From Candidatus Poseidoniaceae archaeon (GTDB lineage: Archaea; Thermoplasmatota; Poseidoniia; Poseidoniales; Poseidoniaceae), in contig CBFIJH010000016.1 of NCBI GenBank assembly GCA_965662895.1, forward strand, positions 1-32,181: a DNA stretch of 32,181 nt, in the 5' to 3' direction. The notes under the pieces are model-generated. The model was not told the DNA's origin. It ran no database searches and saw nothing but the letters and a program-made list of their open reading frames with translations. Below, one piece after another: positions 26,561 through 32,181 of the stretch. The position numbers were made by a program, and so were the translations under genes. Within the stretch, counting starts at the first letter, position 1, and each line of letters opens with the position of its first letter.

Positions 26561-27865
26561 ATGTCGATGGACGGTCGCGGCCCTTCTGGATTCGCCCCGG
26601 GTCGACGAAACCTTGGTGTTCAGGAAGCACCTCAGTTTACGGACGCTGCTGATGCTCTTTACGACAAATCCAGTTTACCAAAAAAAGCGAGCGGAAAAGG
26701 ACTACTTCTCCTTGCTGATGGTGGCAGATTTGAAGGGACACTCTTTGGAGCCGAAGGCTTCGGTGAAGGTGAATTGGTCTTCACAACAGGCATGATGGGG
26801 TATCAAGAATCCTTGACCGATCCATCTTGGGCTGGACAAATTCTGACCTTCACTTACCCACTGATTGGGAATTATGGAATCCATGGAGGGAAATCAGAAT
26901 CCCGAGCGGTTTGGCCAAAAGGTGTTGTCGTCCGACATGCAATGGATGATCCCGACCATCGAGATTCCATCGGAACCGTGTCTGAACTTCTTCAAGCACA
27001 TGGCGTGCCCGGAATCGAAAACATTGACACTCGTGCGATTACAAAGCGAGTTCGAGAACTTGGAACAGTTCTCTGTATTTTTGGCCCAAAAGAACAGGAA
27101 GCTGAAATGTTGAAGCGTCTCGAAGTGATGACCTCCCCTGAATTGGATGATTTGGTCGGTCTCGTCTCAATCGATGAACCAGTCATTCTCAACCCAGCTG
27201 CTACGGACGATTTGGGACAACCTCTTCCGCGCATTGCAGCGTTGGATTGTGGTGTAAAATACAATATTTTGCGCAACCTGTCGCAACGGTTCGAAGTTGT
27301 ATGGTGCCCGCCTGATATCGATTTGGATACGCTAAATGGTTTTGGAATTCAAGCGCTGTTTTGTTCAAATGGACCCGGTGATCCAGCGCATCCGGGCAAA
27401 GCCACTGCTGCTCGATTCACACTTGCCAATGCTGTTGCATCAGGACTTCCAGTGATGGGGATTTGCCTAGGGCATCAATTAATGGGACTCGCATCTGGAT
27501 TGAAGACCTACAAAATGCGGTACGGTCACCGTGGTGCGAATCAACCCGTCGTTGATTTGAAGACTGGGCGGGTGTGGATCACATCGCAAAACCATGGGTT
27601 TGCAGTCGCCGATCCTGAACATGGCATGCTTGCAGCCCACCCAAGTGGAGCAACATCTCCCGAAGGCGAAAACTTGCACGGTTACGATGTTGAGGTCCGC
27701 TACATCAATGCCAACGACAAGACTGTTGAAGGACTCGATGTCCTTGGAAGACCGTGTTTTACCGTTCAATTCCACCCTGAGGCTTGCCCGGGACCTCATG
27801 ATGCCGAACCGCTGTTTGACCGCTTCAGAGAGATAGTTGACGAACATCTTCGAGGTGATGCATGA
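26561..27865 (+). CDS. carA: Carbamoyl-phosphate synthase small subunit with N-terminal extension
   Basis: GELVFTTGMMGYQESLTDPS, PLIGNYG, SNGPGDP, GICLGHQ, SQNHGF, QFHPEA. Start 26561 chosen from promoter spacing; 26534 and 26567 are possible. Confidence 0.96.
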   Translation: MSMDGRGPSGFAPGRRNLGVQEAPQFTDAADALYDKSSLPKKASGKGLLLLADGGRFEGTLFGAEGFGEGELVFTTGMMGYQESLTDPSWAGQILTFTYPLIGNYGIHGGKSESRAVWPKGVVVRHAMDDPDHRDSIGTVSELLQAHGVPGIENIDTRAITKRVRELGTVLCIFGPKEQEAEMLKRLEVMTSPELDDLVGLVSIDEPVILNPAATDDLGQPLPRIAALDCGVKYNILRNLSQRFEVVWCPPDIDLDTLNGFGIQALFCSNGPGDPAHPGKATAARFTLANAVASGLPVMGICLGHQLMGLASGLKTYKMRYGHRGANQPVVDLKTGRVWITSQNHGFAVADPEHGMLAAHPSGATSPEGENLHGYDVEVRYINANDKTVEGLDVLGRPCFTVQFHPEACPGPHDAEPLFDRFREIVDEHLRGDA

Positions 27866-30800
27866 TGCCGAGAAGAGACGATCTTAACACCATTCTCGTA
27901 CTTGGTTCAGGACCGATTAAAATTGGTCAAGCTGCTGAATTTGATTTCTCTGGTTCACAAGCAGTACGAGCACTTCGAGAAGATGGGTACGAGGTAATCC
28001 TCGTCAACTCAAATCCTGCAACAATCCAGAACGATCCAGAAATGGCCGATCGTGTCTATATTGAGCCATTGTTGCCAGATACAGTACGAAAGATTCTCGA
28101 AATCGAAAAGCCCGACGCACTTCTTGCTGGGATGGGTGGTCAAACGGCTCTCAATATTGCAAGCGAATTATCCCATGATGGAACGCTTGAGCGACTTGGG
28201 GTTGAACTGATCGGCTCGGATCTTGATGCTATCGACAAAGCAGAAGATCGTGAATTGTTCAACCAAGTTTGTGAATCGATCGATCTTCCAATCTCACAAG
28301 CAATTGCTTGCAATTCGATGGAAGAAGTCATCAAAGCAGCTCAAGAAATTGGTTCATGGCCGATTCTTATCCGTCCAGCATTCACACTTGGCGGCCTTGG
28401 AGGAGGAACGGCGTTTGATATGGGACAACTCGTTGAAATCGCAACACTCGGATTGCGTAATTCACGTATCAATCAAGTTCTCATCGAAGAATCCATCCTT
28501 GGATGGCAAGAACTGGAATATGAAGTGATGAGAGATACTGCAGACAATGCAACGATTGTCTGTACGATGGAAAACATCGATCCAATGGGTGTGCACACCG
28601 GAGAATCCGTGGTTGTCGCACCTCTCCAATCTTTTTCGGATGCTGATCATCAAGAACTTCGTGACAAAGCCCTTGCACTCATTCGAGAATTGAACATCAA
28701 AGGCGGGTGCAACGTTCAATTCGCATTCAACCAATTTACGGGAGAAATCCGAGTCATCGAAGTCAACCCGAGAGTGAGTCGGTCCTCAGCGCTTGCATCG
28801 AAAGCCACAGGTTATCCAATCGCTCGAATGGCGGCAAAGATCGCAGTTGGGTACACACTTGATGAATTACCTAATCCAATTACGGGTGAAGGAACAACAG
28901 CCGCATTTGAGCCAACGCTTGACTATGTTGTCGTGAAAATCCCCCGTTGGCCGTTCGATAAATTCCGGACTGCCGATAGGAAACTTGGCACTTCGATGAA
29001 GTCAACGGGAGAAGTGATGGCCATCGGTCGCAACTTTGAGGAGGCTTTCCTCAAGGCTTGGGCGTCACTTGAACAAGGATGTCCTTACCCTCGCCCACTA
29101 ACTCGAGCCGATGAATCTGAAGGAGAAGGTATGGCTGAGCGCGCGCATGAAGCACTTCCTGATAGCGTTCTGGTCGACTGGCTACGGATTGCTACCGACC
29201 GCCGAATGGGTGCACTTCTCGAAGCGTTTCGCAGAGGTTGGAGCGTCGAGAGAGTGCATGAAATCACCCGGATTACTCGCTGGTTTTTGCAACGTTTCGA
29301 GAACATCGCAAATATGGAGTCAGAACTTGTCAACATGGACATTCGACCCTCCTCTCTCGACTACACCACAATGATTCATTACAAGTCCCATGGATTCAGC
29401 GATGCGCACATTGCAGATGCACTCAATGGATTCAAACCTGATGGATGGAAAGCACTACCAGATGATTGCAATGAAGAGTCTGTGCAACGACGACGTCATG
29501 AATTAAAGATCCATCCAAGATTTCGAATGGTCGATTCGTGTGCAGCAGAATTTGCAGCGAAAACGCCCTACTATTATTCAACATACGAACCGTTTCAGGA
29601 TTTGGGTATCGATCACGTTCCGGACATAGACAAACGAAAGAAGCAACGTATGGTCGCGATCGGTTCTGGTCCTATTCGAATCGGTCAAGGCATTGAGTTC
29701 GATTACGGCTGTGTTCACGCAGTCATGGCGATTCGTGCTGCTGGCATGGATGCAGTACTCATCAACAACAATCCTGAAACGGTCTCGACCGATTTCGACA
29801 CATCGGACCGATTGTACTTTGATCCACTCACATCAGAGTACGTTTCAGAAATTCTTCTTCGGGAAAAGGCACATGGAATTCTGCTTCAATTTGGAGGACA
29901 AACGGCAATCAATCTTGCTCAACCGATTGAGAAACGCCTCAATCACCTCGCAAAACAAGGTGCTGAAGTTCAAATTCTAGGAACTAGCGTTGATGCAATC
30001 GATGAAGCGAGTGATCGTGAACGTTTCGAAGCCTTCGCCAAGAAGCATGGGCTACGGATGCCAAATGGTTCGACTGGAACGACTGCAGACGATATCCGAG
30101 AAGCGGTCGAAGAAATCGGTTTCCCAGTCCTTATCCGGCCTTCGTATGTTCTCGGAGGGCGTGGAATGGAGATTCTTTCCAATGAAACGCAGTTGGAAGC
30201 CTATCTCAAGGAAGCCTATCTTGCTCCTGACAAACCACTTCTTGTCGATGAATATCTCGGTCATGCGACAGAATTGGATGTTGATGCTGCAAGTGACGGA
30301 AAGGAAGTTTTGGTTGGAGCGATCATGGAGCACCTTGAGGAAGCAGGAATCCACTCAGGAGATTCAACGTGCTTTATTCCTGCTCAAAATATAAGTGAAG
30401 AAATGCTTACTCGAGTGGCAGAGCAAACAAAAGTCATCGGATTGGGATTGAAGATTAAAGGCTGCTTTAACATTCAATTCGCCATTCAAGGCAATGACTT
30501 GTACGTTCTTGAAGTCAATCCACGATCGTCGAGAACGGTTCCATTTGTTGCAAAATCCTCGGGACTTCCACTTGCCAAGATTGCTGCCAACATTACAATC
30601 GGAATTCCTCTCTCAAAGCAAACCATTCCAAAGCGCACGTCGGGACAAATTTGTGTCAAAGCACCGGTGTTCCCTTTCATCAAACTCAGAGGCCTCGACC
30701 CAGCACCAGGGCCTGAAATGAAATCCACTGGAGAAGTCTACGGGTCGGACACGTCTGCAGACGTTGCCTATCTCAAAGCGAGACTTGCCACTGAAGTGCC

Positions 30801-31224
30801 TGTTGCGAGATCGGGGGGTGTTTACCTCACCGTTCGTGATGAAGACAAGGAAGGTTTGGTACCAATTGCTGAACAATTGCATGAACTTGGATTCGCTCTC
30901 TACGCCACACCCGGAACTGCAGACGTGTTGAGAAGTTCAAATGTTGAGGTGACAACAGTCTATCGAATCAATGAAAGAAAGCATCCAGATGCATTGGATT
31001 TGATGAGAAGAGGCGATATTTCATTCATCATTAACGTACCAACCGTCTCTGGTGGCGCAGTTCGTGATGGTAACATGATGCGTCGACTTGCAGTCGAACT
31101 GAACATTCCTTTCGTTACAACAATTCGCGGTGCTAAAATGGAAACGGCAGCTATCCGTGCATTCCTGGAAAAGGAAATCATTCCTCGAAAGTTAGAAGTT
31201 CACTACGACTCAAAATTCCTCTGA
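27862..31224 (+). CDS. carB: Carbamoyl-phosphate synthase large subunit
   Basis: GSGPIKIGQAAEFD, GVHTGES, EVNPRVSRSSALASKATG, second ATP-grasp GSGPIRIGQGIEFDY, C-terminal MGS domain. ATGA overlap with carA. Confidence 0.98.
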   Translation: MMPRRDDLNTILVLGSGPIKIGQAAEFDFSGSQAVRALREDGYEVILVNSNPATIQNDPEMADRVYIEPLLPDTVRKILEIEKPDALLAGMGGQTALNIASELSHDGTLERLGVELIGSDLDAIDKAEDRELFNQVCESIDLPISQAIACNSMEEVIKAAQEIGSWPILIRPAFTLGGLGGGTAFDMGQLVEIATLGLRNSRINQVLIEESILGWQELEYEVMRDTADNATIVCTMENIDPMGVHTGESVVVAPLQSFSDADHQELRDKALALIRELNIKGGCNVQFAFNQFTGEIRVIEVNPRVSRSSALASKATGYPIARMAAKIAVGYTLDELPNPITGEGTTAAFEPTLDYVVVKIPRWPFDKFRTADRKLGTSMKSTGEVMAIGRNFEEAFLKAWASLEQGCPYPRPLTRADESEGEGMAERAHEALPDSVLVDWLRIATDRRMGALLEAFRRGWSVERVHEITRITRWFLQRFENIANMESELVNMDIRPSSLDYTTMIHYKSHGFSDAHIADALNGFKPDGWKALPDDCNEESVQRRRHELKIHPRFRMVDSCAAEFAAKTPYYYSTYEPFQDLGIDHVPDIDKRKKQRMVAIGSGPIRIGQGIEFDYGCVHAVMAIRAAGMDAVLINNNPETVSTDFDTSDRLYFDPLTSEYVSEILLREKAHGILLQFGGQTAINLAQPIEKRLNHLAKQGAEVQILGTSVDAIDEASDRERFEAFAKKHGLRMPNGSTGTTADDIREAVEEIGFPVLIRPSYVLGGRGMEILSNETQLEAYLKEAYLAPDKPLLVDEYLGHATELDVDAASDGKEVLVGAIMEHLEEAGIHSGDSTCFIPAQNISEEMLTRVAEQTKVIGLGLKIKGCFNIQFAIQGNDLYVLEVNPRSSRTVPFVAKSSGLPLAKIAANITIGIPLSKQTIPKRTSGQICVKAPVFPFIKLRGLDPAPGPEMKSTGEVYGSDTSADVAYLKARLATEVPVARSGGVYLTVRDEDKEGLVPIAEQLHELGFALYATPGTADVLRSSNVEVTTVYRINERKHPDALDLMRRGDISFIINVPTVSGGAVRDGNMMRRLAVELNIPFVTTIRGAKMETAAIRAFLEKEIIPRKLEVHYDSKFL

Positions 31225-31319
31225 CTGATGGTTGCCCTTTAACTCGCTGGAAAATATTATCATTGCCGTTGTGCATAAGTAGGGGTAAGGCCAAAATAAG
31301 AGTGCGAAAATTCAGTGCT

Positions 31320-32181
31320 ATGAAAGCAAAGATTCTGGTCACCATTTTACTAATTTCATTGATTCCAATTTCACCAACATCTGCTCAAGTCCCAACAGCT
31401 GTCGTGAGTATCACATGTTTAGATGATGAACTAAACGTAATCTCATTGTATTCAATCAATTCTTCATCATCAGACCCATCAATCGATTATTCTCCAGAGA
31501 TTGTTGATGTCCGTTGTACGGTTTCGAATCCAACTGCATACATCGAAAAGGTAGTTATCTCAACATCAACGAATTATCCTGTTTCACTTCTTTCGACCCA
31601 AGAAGTATATGTTGGAGCAAACAGTGAGGAAGAATTCTCAATCTTTGTTTCGATTGATGAGAACTTTCTAGAAAATTACTCGCTGACAGACGAATATTGG
31701 TTTTACACAAATGCAAGTGTTTCTGAGATTCAAGGATTACCCCCTGCGAATTCTGCAACTGCCTCAAATAGCGTAACTAAGAGATCCAGCGAAAGTCAAC
31801 CATCATGTTTGGATTGTTTTGTGCTCCACCACATTCTCAATGGTTCCAGAATTGGTATGATGGCTCCATTCTATTCAGGGGATATGTATAACGGAGAAGC
31901 ATGGAGAAGTTTCAATTCGGATGATAGATTCGATTTCAGTTCAACCACACCATTCTCAACTGCTTGGACTGCTCTGCAGTATATCGATTTAAACTGCGGA
32001 TACTGTCGGGCTGCTGCATCTGAGGAGATGGTGGATTGGGTTGACAGGTTTGATCCAACCAACAGCACGCAAGGTAGTCCAAATGTCGACTTTACAACAA
32101 TCGTATCCAACTTGGTCCCTATCACTGATGGAGATTTCTCCATGTATGATTTCTCTGTAACTGACGCATCAGGAACACCAA
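31320..32181 (+). CDS. Partial secreted protein: signal peptide, choice-of-anchor-T-like beta domain and CGYC thioredoxin-like domain (runs off the window)
   Basis: Translated by hand; open from ATG 31320 to the end: MKAKILVTILLISLIPISPTSAQVP...VRCTVSNPTAYIEKV...YVGANSEEEF...EIQGLPP...IGMMAPFYSG...WTALQYIDLNCGYCRAAA. Missing from the track, presumably because no stop lies in the window. Confidence 0.85.
   Translation, partial: MKAKILVTILLISLIPISPTSAQVPTAVVSITCLDDELNVISLYSINSSSSDPSIDYSPEIVDVRCTVSNPTAYIEKVVISTSTNYPVSLLSTQEVYVGANSEEEFSIFVSIDENFLENYSLTDEYWFYTNASVSEIQGLPPANSATASNSVTKRSSESQPSCLDCFVLHHILNGSRIGMMAPFYSGDMYNGEAWRSFNSDDRFDFSSTTPFSTAWTALQYIDLNCGYCRAAASEEMVDWVDRFDPTNSTQGSPNVDFTTIVSNLVPITDGDFSMYDFSVTDASGTP

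Overview
A densely coded housekeeping region with about 32 genes. The informational genes are archaeal: aRF1, aIF-2beta, class I LysRS, archaeal ArgRS, Trm56, NOG1 GTPase and a GfcR/PyrE-like protein. They are interspersed with bacterial- or eukaryote-type metabolic genes: class Ia nrdB-nrdA, dut, lipB, folB, folP, parvulin and PCD. This mixture, a SAP-domain fusion and a choice-of-anchor-T-like secreted protein suggest a Marine Group II euryarchaeote (Ca. Poseidoniales); this is inference. I found no tRNA, rRNA, CRISPR array, intein or mobile element. Signals worth a second look: (1) a degenerate TATA-like box (TTSAW/TTATS) beginning 29-30 nt before about 11 apparently leaderless start codons, including one bidirectional 7-mer; (2) tandem CAC-N8-GTG boxes plus other repeats in the nrdBA/dut divergent control region; (3) a SAP-TM-PA/M28 peptidase fusion; (4) three inverted repeats between aRF1 and pyrH; (5) several uncharacterised proteins (Sm-like, Zn-ribbon/coiled-coil); (6) a secreted CGYC-thioredoxin fusion running off the right edge, absent from the ORF track. 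I cannot support a clearly new multi-gene system; these are leads only.
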